NCBI RefSeq assembly: GCF_009914755.1
Contig: NC_060948.1
Strand: one strand, 5' to 3'
DNA length: 64,000 nt
DNA from: the human T2T-CHM13v2.0 reference genome, Homo sapiens
The translations under genes and the position numbers were made by a program. How positions within the stretch are numbered: the stretch's first letter is position 1; every line of letters begins with the position of its first letter. A model generated the notes under the pieces. The model saw only the letters and a list, made by a program, of their open reading frames with translations. It ran no database searches and had not been told where the DNA came from. Positions 14,718 through 28,739 of this stretch are shown piece by piece.

Positions 14718-17700
14718 TGAATTTGAGTTACACCATAAGAACCGCGCTTGACCGATGGCTGGAAGTAAGTTAATCTTCATAGACTAGTGTTATAGTTTAA
14801 AACAAACAGCAGAGATCCTTTCTTTTACTTTTTAAATAAAATTATTAGCATCAAAATGAAGGGTTGGAAATATTAACACGATTGGAGATGCCTGCTGGTA
14901 CTAGTTCTATGAAATGCAAACCTTCATATAGTTGTAGAAAGTTTAAAAGGCTTATCTTCTACAGGTAGAACACAAATGAGTGCATTTGGGGGCACTTCCT
15001 TTTTCCTTTCTATTTCTATTACTTTCTAAATCTATTTTATGGCTTGGTGAGACAATCTTTCTTCTAGAGGGTGTGTGTTTTACTATTTTGCTGCCAAATC
15101 CCATGGCCTCCCTTGGCTTCTAACTGTGGCAAAAATGGTTTGGGCAGGGAGAGAGAAAAGTTAAAAAATTTTACAAATATAAAGATTGAGACTAATTTGT
15201 GGCTTGCAGTTATGTATATCTTCCTTTGATGTCAATCTGTTTATTTTCAAACAGACCTGATCATAGAGTTTATTTAATATTTCCACAAATAATCAATATG
15301 TAAAATATTTAAACTTCATTTGTATAAATAGATTCAGTTGTATAATGAACCCAATTGTATAAGTGGATTTATACAACTTCTCACAAATAAATTTTCAACA
15401 ATTTTGAATTAAGTGGCCCAATACCTTAATGTGTTATAAATACAAATTCTAGGTTCTAATTACCTTTATAAGAGATATCAAGTGGTGATTAAATCACTAT
15501 AACAATAGATCTTGCTACATTTTAATATCATTTAGACTCATGATAAAAAATTAATAGTAATAGTAAAATCTCACAGTGAGTATGCAACTGTGGATTGCTT
15601 ATCCTAATTGATTTTTCTATTCATATATTTTCAGCATTTTAAAAAAGCATTGGCTTTCTGCTCTTGATTTCACAGAATTTTTTTTGCATTTTAAAGAAAA
15701 AAAAGTGGATGTTACATATTGCACATGCCATATAATAATGTCTGTAAATTTTTCAACAGAATAGTTTAGATTTCAGATGACTAATTTGTCCAAAAATAAT
15801 TTTAAAGAGAAAAATGCTAATCATTTACATAATAGAAAATATATTGAGAAGAGATCCAGTCTACACATCTGGTTATGCAGTTGGGATGCTGGTTAGCCAT
15901 TGAGTACTGTGTGTACTGGCAGTGAGGGCTGGAGGTCTTGAGAGGGGCTGAGCCTCATCTGCTCACAATTCTAGCAGAGTGCCAGAGCTACTTCCAATCA
16001 AAGGAGCCAACTGACCTTATTGCAAAGCAGGTGGACCATTTCTTAACATGCGTATTTCAGGGTCATGCTTCATTATAATTAAAGAGATTTTTAAATGAAG
16101 AAATTTGAACAGACATCACCCTTGTGCTCAATACATTTGTTTAAGGCTGTTGGTCTGTAAGTGCCATTCAAGATTAAAACCTTACTGCGAGGGGATTGGG
16201 CTGCTTGGGCTGGCTTCTGGTGAGTTAAGGTTTCTTCATAGGCTAGAGTATTTACTGTAGCTGTATTTACTCTAGAGGATTACACACGGGAAAGACAAAG
16301 AGCAAAGTAAATTCTGAAATCTCAGAGAATGTGCTCTATTAGTTTGAAGAACTGGTCATCTTTTTTTTTTTACTGTACACCAAAGAATCAAGGAAATAAT
16401 GAAATGTTATCTGAGGCTACTATCTCTCTTCTTATCCACATACCCTTTCTGTAGAACTATTTGTCTGGCATCTGCTGGCCAACCTTCAATGCAAGAATGA
16501 TACTAAATGATCACTTTGTTAAGATTTGTTTTTCATCACTCTGAACAAATTTTGATGGCTTTTTTCTTGACACAAAATATAGAGAGCTACTTCTATTAAA
16601 ACCAATAATCAATTAACTTTGGGATTTCTATCCTATCAGGAATTGATCTTTTATTTATTTTTGTAATGAGTTAGTCTATGGTCAATGCAATAAAAATGTT
16701 CTATCTTGTAAACATTTTGGCATTGCTTTATTTTCTCTTATTTATTTTTTGTAAAAAGCAGAGCGAATGTACGTGTGAGTAACAGGACCACGCTGGAAAA
16801 GAGATCTGAGCTGCTTGAAACAATATATGATAAATACGGCAGTACAAAATAACTATGATAAATCTTCACCCTTCCCTTGGTGACTTTCAAGCAGAGTAGG
16901 GATTATCATTTTTGCAATGGTTAGCATAAATATTGCACTAGTCTCTTATTTCCACATATTCTTGAAGGAAGAGTAAGAAAGTAAGTTTTGCTATTTGTTC
17001 AGCAAATATAGGCTGTTCATTGAACATTTGCTATTGCAGAAGTTTCTCTTCTGGGACATTGTGAGGTGTGGGAATGAAGGAGACATGGTTTTTGACCTAT
17101 GGGGGCTATGGCTTAATGGGAAAACTGGCATCATTAAATGACTTTGCTGCAGCAAGAAGCAGTTAAACGCATGTCTTGACAGTTAGAGGTTCAGCATTGA
17201 AGGGGTCAAAAGAATAAAGCCTTTATTTCTGACTGAGAAATTTAGGGGATGTGTCACAGAGTGGTGGCATTTTTTCTGAGCCTGGAAATATTCAAGGTCT
17301 TTAGTTAGAAAGCAGAAGGCAAGACATTTCAGAGTGAAAAAAAAATAAACACCACAAACAGCCCATGGTTTTATGAAGTACCTGGCAATGTGTTTCTAGG
17401 AAAGCTGGGTTTGTAGATAATATCTGTGACAAAAATTAAACAGATACTTGGAGGTAGACTGACAAATAAAATGGTAGCCAATCATGAAGATGGATGCCTT
17501 GAAGGGGATGTCAAGAAGTTTCTCTTCATTCTATAGAGAATAGGATACAATGAAAGAGTTTGGGAAACTGAAGGAGAGAACCTCACTTCTACTTTAGAAA
17601 AATAACCACAAAGTACCAATAAGGGGTCATTAGTGAAAGAGATTCAGGTGCAGGGAAATAGGTTGAAAGGCTGTTGTGAAGGTCGGAACAAGGAGGGGAG

Positions 17701-19717
17701 TAAAGTTGGGTGACCACCATGGCGACACAATGATTTGTAGATTCTTGAAAATGTATTATGCAATAAAACAACTAAATGTTGTTAGCTTCAAGAACATATC
17801 AAAAAGATTCTAAGATCCCTTAGCCATTCTAAAGAATAAAGTTGTCATAAAGATAGATATCCCAGTAGAAGGGACATATCTGGAACAGAAAAATTCAGCA
17901 GGCAGGTGGAAAAGATGGTCTGCAGCTTAGCCAGGGATTAGGGATAGACTGGAGAAACATTTGCTTAGTAGCAATAAGCTAATCATCCAAGTCAAGGTAC
18001 CCCCATTGCTATGATTATGCACTGAGAAGAAAAGTTTAGGATACAAGCTTGAAAGAAATGCATGTCATGGCAGAACAGGAGTCAAAGATTGACTTGGTGA
18101 AGTCCCAGATCCACCAAGAAAGCTGAGGATCTTAGAAGAAAAATATCCAAAGGATTTGCATATCTATCAAAACCACTTCTATCTTCTGTCTCTCTGTGTG
18201 GCCTTTTCTATTATGAAATGTAGAAAGAAGCAGGTATTTCAGAGAGAAAACTGAGATCAGATCGTAGCCCCAGGCAACTTATTTAATCTTCCTTAGACTC
18301 AAATATCTCCCATTCAATAAGTAGATAATTAAGCTTTTACCCACTTCACAAATTCCCAGTAAGGATCAGGAGAGACAAATTTATTGTAAATTAAAGGTTG
18401 CTACTCAGCCATGACCCATCGGCAATAAAAAAGGAGAATGCAGTAAGTATGGTAAACATTTTCTCTAAAAAATATTTTTTGAAAATCAGCGACTTTGACC
18501 ATATATAAATATGCTTTTTAAAAATTATTCAACTCCATCCATCTAAATCTTTGATGACTTTAAAATTTTTCTAAACCAGGCTTACCGTGAATTAAGATCC
18601 AAATGAAAGAGGAGTTGAAATTCAGCCATGTCACCAGCATGTATCAAACATTATTTGCATTTTGTGTTTGCACATTTTCCAGTTTCTTCTGCGTTTAAAC
18701 TTACAAAATAGAAGAAGAAATCAAGCATTGTTAAATAGCCTTTCAAATGAGTTTTCAGTGCTTTCAGCAAATGACCATTGTGGACAGAAAATGATATTAA
18801 TGGTAATTGGTGTTCTTGTTGTTGATGGCATTCACCATCATGGTGACATAGATTCTATCTTATTGAGTTAGTTTTGCATATTCTATTAGTATTACCAATT
18901 TCTTAACAAATTCCCTTTCGGAAATGTCTGCTATTTTGAACTGTGGTTCTTCAATATATCAATTACCAGACAACTTGCATGTACAGAAGGTGAGTAAGAA
19001 ATCAGAATGATTAACTACTTTAAAATGAGACATCTATGAGAAACTTTTGGAGCAGTGCACTCACTCATGCAAAATCCAAACATTATAAATTCATTATTTT
19101 CCATTAAGACTATGGTGGAGTGCTTGAGCAGTCATTGCAGAATCTAAAAGACTTGAGCTTTGAAAATCACTCAGGAGATTTCACATGAAGAGATTTCACT
19201 TTGCAGTGTTTTCTTTCCTTAAATGGAAAACTCCCTGAGAAAGAAGGAAGATTAAATCTGGAAACCATGTTATAATGACCTTAGAATGTATCAGTAGACA
19301 CAGAGCATATTAAAAAATGGGAAAATGACTTGAAATGCTTTATAGTGATCTCATAGTGTGAATTCCATGTTAACCTCAAGTGAAACAACCTTGTAACATG
19401 ATTTATTCAGAAGAATGCACATGAAATGACTGTGTAGAGATTACCAAGGAATAAATCACTTGTTCAGAATCAGGAATCAGTTTATACTCTCTAAAAAAAA
19501 AAAAAAAAAGAAAAGTTAAAACAAAAAGGAGCAAATAGCTGAATGGAGTGTCAGAAGACTTCAGAAGTGAAACCCTGTATGAGTATGAAGAGGCCACTTT
19601 TATGAAAGGAAATCTCAGTTGTCATCAGATCGGATTCATCTCTTCCAGATTTGTTCTTCCTCAGCTTATACTTTGAGTCACATGCAGATTGTTTTAATTG
19701 ATATTGTCCTGTTTCAG

Positions 19718-19901
19718 GTGTCCCCCTGAAGCCCAGAGAAGGGTTACAATTTACAGAATTGCCGTCTGGACAGCTGGAGGTAAGTGGTCCTCCAAATTCC
19801 ATATTCCTATTGAGCCTGTGATGTTTGTGGTACAAAGAAGGTGGAATTATGGAATCCATCCTAGAGAAGACAATGTCACTCATTGGCAGACAGTGGTACA
19901 G
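19718..19901 (+). pseudogene. ANOS2P: Exon 5 homolog (FnIII-1 N-half); 1-bp deletion frameshift
   Basis: tttcag|gtgtcccc. Reads [20 protein letters not shown], shifts frame at about 19781, then [40 protein letters not shown]|gtaaaa. 184 bp versus 185 expected. Confidence 0.93.
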
Positions 19902-20576
19902 GTAAAAGCTTCATATAGACTTTGATTTTCATCCTGGAGGTAGTGTCTGCTACATAGCTCCGCACATAAAATTAACTTGCTATGCCTCAAAATAGCTTGA
20001 CTACAGAAATTACTTACTCATATACGGAATAAACAATATAAAGGTCTGCTAAAGAGAGGATGAGGTTCACAGATACAAATGAATATGCTCAGAGGCTCAA
20101 CCATTGGAATAATTTCTCTGAAATATACATAGAAGGTAGATAATTTTATAATCTGTTCACATGTATTTTCTCCAAGAACCACATTTCCCTCAGCCAAACT
20201 CAAAGCCAATTAGAGTAAGGGAAATGAAACTTTATGAGGACTAATTTGATATTTAATCATCTAAATGCCTTCTCTTCTGTTTCTCCTGCCTTTATTCCTT
20301 TATCCCACCCAGACTTAAGGAGCATGAGGTAAGATTTGTATTACAAAATTACTTATTGGGACATAGCCAGCAGCCCATAAACCTTCACCAGTGATTTCTT
20401 CTTTGTCTTAGTCAGCTTAAAAACTGATACACCATCTGCATGGCAACACTCCCAGAGTTTATCTTAACACTGAGTCTTCATCTTCTGTCTTGTTGATGAG
20501 AAAAGCGAAATGTTATCTTCTTTCTTTTTACGAGCCGTTAAAAGCACAACCAGCTGCTACTTGCTGCCTCCCACCA

Positions 20577-20621
20577 CATGCACACACACACACACACACA
20601 CAGAGACACATACACACACAC
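20577..20621. repeat. Interrupted (CA)n microsatellite
   Basis: Read directly from the sequence. Confidence 0.9.
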
Positions 20622-22331
20622 AAGAAACCATACATGGATGTAAAAAGTAACAGATTCTGAATATGAAACTGTTCCATGCATTTAGACAATGAAAATGCCT
20701 TCCCACATTTATGTCTATAGGAAAAAATTGTCACCTTAAGTTGATTAGGTCATTTTTTTACAAGGACTAGATTCCTATATTTTTGTTAGTAAATGAAAAA
20801 TAAATGTCATTATTTAGGTGTTTGCAAGAAGAATATTTTCTAAATAGCACTATCTCAAAGGGGTTAAGCACTAAAATAAAACAATGTAAAAACCCCAAAA
20901 TAAGAAGTTTGATGTAAAACAACAACAACATTAAATTAGAAAAAAAAAAAAAAACTGGTCAAATCAATTCAGTAATTCTATTCTATACTTATTTTATAAA
21001 AAAACTTTGCTTCAATAAAACATAAAGCCACTCAGAATACAGCCTGAAATTCCATTTGATTTACATGCCATACTTTCCTAAATCATGGTACAGATTCATT
21101 TGAAATTTTTCCAAATTAGTTGAAGATTTATGAAAATAACTGAAAATAAGATAATCTCTTTTGTCTTCAAAAGATTTTTGGAAAGACAAAAGCTCTTTTA
21201 TTGTTGTTGTTGTTATTATTTTATCCTGTTAATGCTACATATAATACCTCCTTGTCTGCTAAACACTGTAGATACCATGCCGACTTTAAGCTTTTTAAAT
21301 TCACAGCTGAAACTCTAAATGATGAAGTTGAAACTGTTTTCTCAAAGTCTGCCAAAGCAGGTAGAAAGTTACATGTAAGAGTTCATATTCTTCCTTTGTT
21401 CTCAGAAATGTTATTTTAGATATTGATGTAAACATGACAGTCGTTTTCATGTTCTTATAAGCTGAGGTTGTTATAACCTCAGTTATTATAAACAAGTGTA
21501 GGAATGTTTAAATCCAATCCTGTTTCCCTAGTTTCATCCAAAGAGCAAGTTGAGTTCAGCACCTGGTGTAGATGAAGGCACAGACTGTAGGTGGTTATTT
21601 TTTGGAATTCAAGGCAAAGGTTTTCAAGATCCTACCAATGGAAATTAAACACAGAACATTGTTGAAAGCAGGTATATAGTATGAAGACTATTAAAGTTAT
21701 TTGATATCTTAAAATTGTAGCACTAGAGACAGCAAAACCTACTGATCTTCCCCAGTGTCATTTTTCCCCTTTTGGGCATTTTATTGAACAAATACATGCT
21801 AACACATTTCACCCTTTATGATCAAGACTGGTTCTTCACAGACGTTACGTGATTTACTCAAAGGTTTTTTTAAACAGTGGCTCAGGTTATAATTTACTTC
21901 CAGAAATTGTTAGTGGTCTTTAAGCATGTGGGTTGTTATAGCTATTTTTATAATTATATTTGGCATGTGAGTTAAAATATTTTCTTTCTGTAACCTGGAG
22001 GTGATTTCATCTTCTTGTCTGTAATGTAACAATGGCTACTCATAAATATTCTCTGTTGATTGAATCGCTCAAATGCTGTAATTAATCACCAGATTTACAA
22101 ATAGCCCGAGCTCTTGTCATGAGATTTTGACTTCAAGAGATGTTTAATTCTTTGGGGTGAAATATAAGTGATTCCTTGATCCCTGACAGCTCTCTTCATA
22201 ACTGGGCATGATAAGCAGCACTTATCAGAAGGAAGACAGGCTCAGCTGCACTGGCTGATAGGTTAGTGTATTTTTCTAAACAGATCCAACCAACATGTGA
22301 GAATAAAAGGTGACATGTTCCCTGTGCTCTG

Positions 22332-22449
22332 TGAGTTCAACTGACTGACATAAGACCCAACTGACGGTACCAGTTTCGAGTGGCTGCTGTGAATGTGCAT
22401 GGAACTCGACGCTTCACTGCCCCCAGCAAACACTTCTGTTCTTCCAAAG
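22332..22449 (+). pseudogene. ANOS2P: Exon 6 homolog (FnIII-1 C-half); acceptor and first codons missing, in-frame TGA stops
   Basis: [37 protein letters not shown]|gttagt. TGA at 22332 and 22362. No AG acceptor or TTDE codons upstream. Confidence 0.9.
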
Positions 22450-24234
22450 GTTAGTCTTAAATACATACATACATGAATATAGATTCACTGTCACCATGTT
22501 CATATTTATGAACCCTGTCTTAAGACTCAACAGGTGGCTTTGCTGTTTTAAAGAATGGGACCAGATGTGTTTGAAGGTACTGTGCACATTTATGGTTAAG
22601 GACAACTTGAAATTTTGCCTGCAGTATGTCACAGAAGATAACATAAGGGAGTTTTTTTAAAAAACTTTGAAGTGGCGGGGGGTTTTCATTATCAACATCT
22701 GTTGAGTTTTTGGTTAAAGATATTTTGCATTAAGCACTATTCAGTTGATTTTCAAAGAGAAAGACTGAATTTAAGCTACTCTAGACAAAATAGTCTTCCT
22801 TGAAATGATTGTTAAATTGAGAGCGAATTTGACTCCTCCCTTTGCTTCATAACATTTAGAATTTAAACCCCTCCCTAGTAATTTAATCATTGCTATAATT
22901 TTGTTCAGTTCTGACAGCAATGATATTTTAAAATCTCTGTGGAAACAAATGAACAGTATGTTACATTTGCAGTTAATCTGTGACAGTTGAAGCAGGTTTA
23001 TTTTCTAGTTGCGTCCATATGGCTGTGTACCTTCCAAATTTAGACATCTGCTTGACTAATTTCTAAGGATCTGGTTTCACAAATATAGATTAGTTACCTT
23101 GTTCTCCCACTAATCACAAGTTATCTTCTTATGCAGAAACTAAATTTGTTTTATTTTACATAAATTTATTGATTGTGACATTAATAAATAATGTAACTGT
23201 TTACATTTAAAAGCCTTTTAAAATGTGTGTGGGGGGGGGGCTTCTTTTTCTTTTCTTTTCTTTTTTTTCCCTCCTAAGGAGGCAAATTCATGAACTAAGC
23301 AAACTTTAAAGTGAAATTGTAAATGAAGACATCAAACCCTGTCTTAAGACTCTGTCTCCAACTGATCTGAAAATTTAATGAGGCATGTGAAATAATTAAT
23401 TGTGGGTTAGTAGGCAGTGATCAATAAAAAGTTTCAGAATGCATCACCTTAAGTTTTATGGTTCAAATGGGATTCAGACGTGTTGTGGTCAAAAATGTGT
23501 TACCATCTGTTCAGTTGCCTGCAGGGTTTGGGCTGGTGCTCTATGAACAAGACTGCAAATTCAGACATCGGATGGAAGCTGTTCCCAGCCTCTAGAGACA
23601 GATGCTTAAATAATTTCCTGTAAGAGTTGTGGTGGCACCTCTTGTCTAATGAAGGTGGTTTTGCTCCCATGATTTATTATACAGCCTTGCTATTCTCATG
23701 ATCTGGGCAGAGATCTTTTGGCAGGGCCAGGATCTGGGGGAGAGTAGGAAGGTCAAGCTGTTCTGACGCTTTCTGGTATATCGGAGCAACTTAATAATCT
23801 AGAATGCGAACTCTATCTCCCAAATTTAAGTGGACTTTTATTTAAGGAAAATGCAACTATTGTAGTTATCATTAAAATGTTGTTCTGTCACTGTTACAAA
23901 TACACCTAAAATTCACACGTCCATGTATCTCATTGTGAGGAACATTCCAAGCTTTAGTTCTTCAAATCTTACAAACCAAAAATGTCTGCACAGAATTAAC
24001 AGAAGATTCCATTATATTTTAAATATAGAAAATCCCAGAATGACAGGTTTAACATATCAGACAAAAGGTGGTAGACATTCCCTCTATGATCTCTAAAGCC
24101 AACTTAATCACTAACAAGGTGGGGCCACATCTGTTTCTCATTCTCACCAAATGTCGAAAGATCCTTACTGGGAAAAATGCTTTAAATAACTTTACTGAAA
24201 TATAATTTTTATGTCATAAAATTCACTTATCTTC

Positions 24235-25302
24235 TGTTGTGGGAAGTCAGGGACCCCAAACGGAGGGACCAGCTGAAGCCATGACAGAAGAACATGGATT
24301 ATGAAGATTTTATGGACATTTATTAGTTCCCCAAATTAATACTTTTGTAATTTCTTATGCCTGTCTTTACTGCAATCTCTAAACATAAATTGTAAAGATT
24401 TCATGGACACTTATCACTTCCCTGATCAATACCCTTGTGATTTCCTGTGCCTGTCTTTACTTTAATCTCTTAATCCTGTCAGCTGAAGAGGATGTATGTT
24501 GCCTCAGGACTATGTGATAATTGCATTAACTGCACAAATTGTACAGCATGTGTGTTTGAGCAATATGAAATGTGGGCACCTTGAAAAAAAAACAGGATAA
24601 CAGCAATTGTTCAGGGAATAAGAGAGATAACCTTAAACTCTGACCGCCGGTGAGCTGGGCAGAACAGAGCCATATTTCTCTTCTTTCAAAAGCAAATGGG
24701 AGAAATATCGCTGAATTCTTTTTCTCAGCATGGAACATCCCTGAGAAAGAGAATGTGTACCTGGGGGTGGGTCTCTGAACTGCCCTCCCGGGTGTGGTTG
24801 TCTCTTTTGGTCGAGACTGCAGAGGTGAAATAGAGTCCAGTATCCCATAGTGCTCCCAGGCTTATTAGGAAGAGGAAATTCCCACCTAATAAATTTTGGT
24901 CAGACTGGTTGATCTCAAAACCCTGTCTCCTGATAAGATGTTATCAGTGGCAATGGTGCCTGAATCTTCATTAGCAATTTTAATTTCGCCTCAGTCCTGT
25001 GGTCCTATCATCTCACCCTGCCTCCACTTGCCTTGTGATATTCTGTTACCTTGTGAAGTACTTGATGTCTGTGACCCACACCTATTTGCACACTCCCTCC
25101 CCTTTTGAAACTCCCTAATAAAAACTTGCTGGTTTTTGTGGCTTGTGGGGCATCACGGATCCTACCAACGTGTGATGTCTCCCCCAGACGCCCAGCTTTA
25201 AAATTTCTCTCTTTTGTACTCTGTCCCTTGATTTCTCAAGCCAGCCGACGCTTAGGAAAATAGAAAAGAACCTACGTGATTATCGGGGCAGGTCCCCCGA
25301 TA
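24235..25302 (+). mobile_element. MER11-type solo LTR (HERV-K11/HML-8)
   Basis: Starts tgttgtgggaagtcagggacccc and ends ggtcccccgata; AATAAA at 25117; perfect 6-bp TSD ATCTTC at 24229-24234 and 25303-25308. Confidence 0.9.
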
Positions 25303-25375
25303 ATCTTCAAGTGTACAGTTCAGTGACTTTTAGTATTTACTGACTTGTGCAACCATCACCATCATCTAATTTCTG

Positions 25376-25640
25376 TTTTTTCTATTTCTTTTTTTTTTTT
25401 GAGACGGAGTCTCGCTCTGTCGTCCAGGCTGGAGTGCAGTGTCGCCATCTCAGCTCACTGCAAGCTCCGCCTCCTGGGTTCACGCCATTCTCCTCCCTCA
25501 GCCACCTGAGTAGCTGGGACTACAGGAGCCCACGACCACGGCTAGCTAATTTTTTGTATTTTTAGTAGGGATGGGGTTGTACTGTGTTAGCCGGGGTGGT
25601 CTTGATCTCCTGACCTCGTTGTCCGCCCGCCTCGGCCTCC
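25376..25640 (-). mobile_element. Alu (AluY-like, 5'-truncated)
   Basis: gcaagctccgcctcc, ttcacgccattc; TSD-like ccatcatcta on both sides. Confidence 0.9.
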
Positions 25641-26019
25641 ATCATCTAGTTTTAGAATGAGTCCATCACCCCAATAATGTCCTTTATACCTTACTGGGAA
25701 AATTTAAAGTTAGAAATAAAGTTAATTTTGTGTCTTTAGCTTCCTTTATTACCCATGTATCTGAACTGCAATCCCATGGAACGGGGAGTATCCTGCAGTT
25801 TGGTGCTTAATCTATTTCTTAGAAAAACCTATTTTTTTTTTTTTAAAAGGCCAAAAGCATAACAGTCACAGTGATCGATAAATGATTACTCTCTTTCTGG
25901 AAATACGAGCATCCCCAAGGAAATTAAGGACTTTTCCCTTAAGCACTCTTTCTCTCAATAGCCTCCATTTGAGTAATCGGCAATGCTGCTCTTGCAGCAG
26001 TTTGTGGCAAAAGAGGCCT

Positions 26020-26985
26020 GCAGTCATTCTCGACTCTAAACATTTTCTGCAAGCCACCGCAAATCCTCAGATCTGCCTTGATTCACCTTTCCCTGTGTTT
26101 CCCCTAATCCGCTCAGTTCTGTCTTTAACTGGGAATTGTATTAGCTTCCTAATCACATCCCCACTTCTGCCTCCTGGCTTCTGCCTTAAGGCTTCTGGAT
26201 TCCTGTTTCCTGATCGTGGCACCTCATTCCTGCTTTCGGATCCCCACTTCCGGATCCTGGGTTTCAGACCCAGGCCTCTCATCCCTGCTTCCGGATTTCC
26301 ACTTCTGGATCCCCTCCTTTTTAGTCCTCTCTCAACACAGCCACCTGAGTGATCCTACTAAAATCTGAGCCACTTCCCGTCAGTTTTTTGCTCAACGTGT
26401 CCCAGCAGCTTCCCCCATCTGATTCAGAGAAGCCATGTTCTTTACAATGGATTTTAAGACCCAGTTGACCCCCCTTTCTCCTTCCTCTTAGACTTCATCG
26501 GTAACCTCCCTGTTTTCCTGCTCATCCTGCTAGGCTCCTCTGTGTTTTCTGAATACTATAATCTTTCCCTTGCTTCAGGATATTGACATTTGCTTGGTCC
26601 TGGACCGGGGATATGCTCTTCCTTCAGCTTGTTGAAAGGCTGTCTGGCTCACCTTCTTTATACAAATACCTCTTTTCCAGCAAAAGCATCTTTAGCCATG
26701 CTACATATATGTATAAACAAACAAGCAAACAAATCCATTTTCCTGTGTTGTATTTTTGTTCTTATTTTCTGTTATGACTGTCTACCCTGCCTTAGTATTT
26801 TGCTTATTAATCTTGTGCACTGTTTATCCTTGCATTCAATTAGGATGAATGTGTGTGTCTGTTTCTGTGTTTCATAAGACCAGATGTGTTTTCTTTTTTA
26901 CTTCTTATTCCCACTGCCTAGAACAGTACCTGACACATAGTAGCTGCCCAACAAATCCTTGTTCAATATATGAGGAAATGAAACA
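26020..26985 (+). mobile_element. Degraded L2 fragments
   Basis: ctcaacacagccacctgagtgatcc and the 3' end cctagaacagtacctgacacatagtag. Confidence 0.55.
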
Positions 26986-28739
26986 TGAGTAATAAAAAGA
27001 GAAGGTAAAGACAGAAAATGTTGTGTTGTTGTTTCTACCTTTAAATTTTCTCAGTAAGGGATGAAGGATCAATCTTTGTGGGTTGATGGACTCATTCGAG
27101 AACCCAGTGATGGTGATAGTTACACAACACAGTAAGTATAAGAATGTCAGTGAGCACTTAAGATGAGACAATTTTATGGTATGAAAATTACATATTTCAA
27201 AAAAGTTGTTAAAGACATTTTTTTTCCCAGTGAGGCTGTTTTCTACATTTGATGAGCTTGAGGAAGGTAGGAAGAGGTGCCACCATCTTGTTAGTGAAGT
27301 GGTTAAGTCTCCTTTAGACATATACTGGAGGGAGTGTCTTCCACCATTTTATTGATTCATTAAATTCCTATCATTCTGTGATGCATCTTTACTGAAAACG
27401 GAATCTACTATGAATTCAGTGCTTACATTTTTGATATATAAGAGTACAAGAACTAACACTTGGGATACACCTCAAATTGAGACACATGGAAATGTAAATT
27501 TTGAGTATTTGTCCACCTGAAGAGCTAGAACATTTTAATGATGACTGCAATGACTGCTATGTTTCAAAAAATGGTGCATTTTCATCCAATAAATGCCCAT
27601 TTATACCTGTTTGCTCCAGACCTAAAACTGTACCAGTCTTCCAGTGGTTTATAATTACTTTAAAAAAACAATGACCACTTCCAATGTAGCTGTCTGTGCA
27701 AAGCCTAAGCAATTTTCTGTTGTATTTGATTTAGATAGAGAGCCAGGTTTGACAACTTCAGGCTGTGTCAAGGAAAGGGGGAAGGGTTTTTTTGTGTGTG
27801 TGTTGTTCGTTTGTTTGTTTTCATCGGCTATGAATACCTCAGGAAATAAAAGTATAATTAAACAAAAAAAAAATAGATAAAATGAGTTCCATTTAGTTTA
27901 GATTCACTGCTTGGGATTCATGAGCTATAAAGCTGATTTTCAGAGAAAAGCCAGACTTTTTGTCCTTATCTTTCTTATAGTTATTTTAAAATACAAAATT
28001 AGTCTATGTTTGCCAAAATGGATTGACTATTTAATTTTTTCTTAACCCATTTATTTGCACATAACTTAGACCTAACTCATCTGTTTTTATAGTAAATTCT
28101 AAGTTATTCATAGGTTGGTAAATTAGTTTCATGCTTTTCCTCTTCTTGGTGAATAACATTTCTGAATATTTTTATTGCTAACTCTCTACCAGAAGAAATG
28201 CATGAATATAGAATGGGCAAAATCATTAACTTTTGTAAGAGTTTCAGATAATTTTTATATTTGCTTATTTAAATTAACTATACTGTATTTCCTCCTGGTA
28301 CTTGAGAAGGGAAACTGGCTTCAAAATTAAAAATGAATAATAGTTTAATAGATTAATGCCTAGTTCTCATTTCTACTTTTCATCTCTTTATTAAGAATGT
28401 GGGACTGCTTCCTTGTACCAAGTAAGTTACCTTCACAGGTCATTCCTGAGCCATCAGTCCTGCCAGATCCTAAGGTCTACCTAAACTTTTCTGTCCCATT
28501 CCATTTGGAACAAACACCATAAATCCTCTGAGCACAAGGTGTTAATGTGTCTGCATATTCCTATGTAAGTTGATATTTGCCGCTTTGAAATGCATGTCTG
28601 ACAAATAAATATTGCCCACCAAAGTTAAGACACCTTCAAAAGCTGATCCAAGTGAAGGCTTTGAGTGTGAGCAGGTTAGTTAGGAGGTGAACCAGGAATG
28701 TGGTAGGTAAGAAGGGAAGCAGAGCAGGGTGTAGAAGTT

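Larger units (their letters stand above)
24181..25690 (-). mobile_element. Old L1M 3'-end fragment split by the MER11 LTR and an Alu
   Basis: ataactttactgaaatataa...aaaattcac | aagtgtacagttcagtg...tgcaaccatcacc | ttttagaat is the typical L1MB-type 3' end in antisense. Confidence 0.65.
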
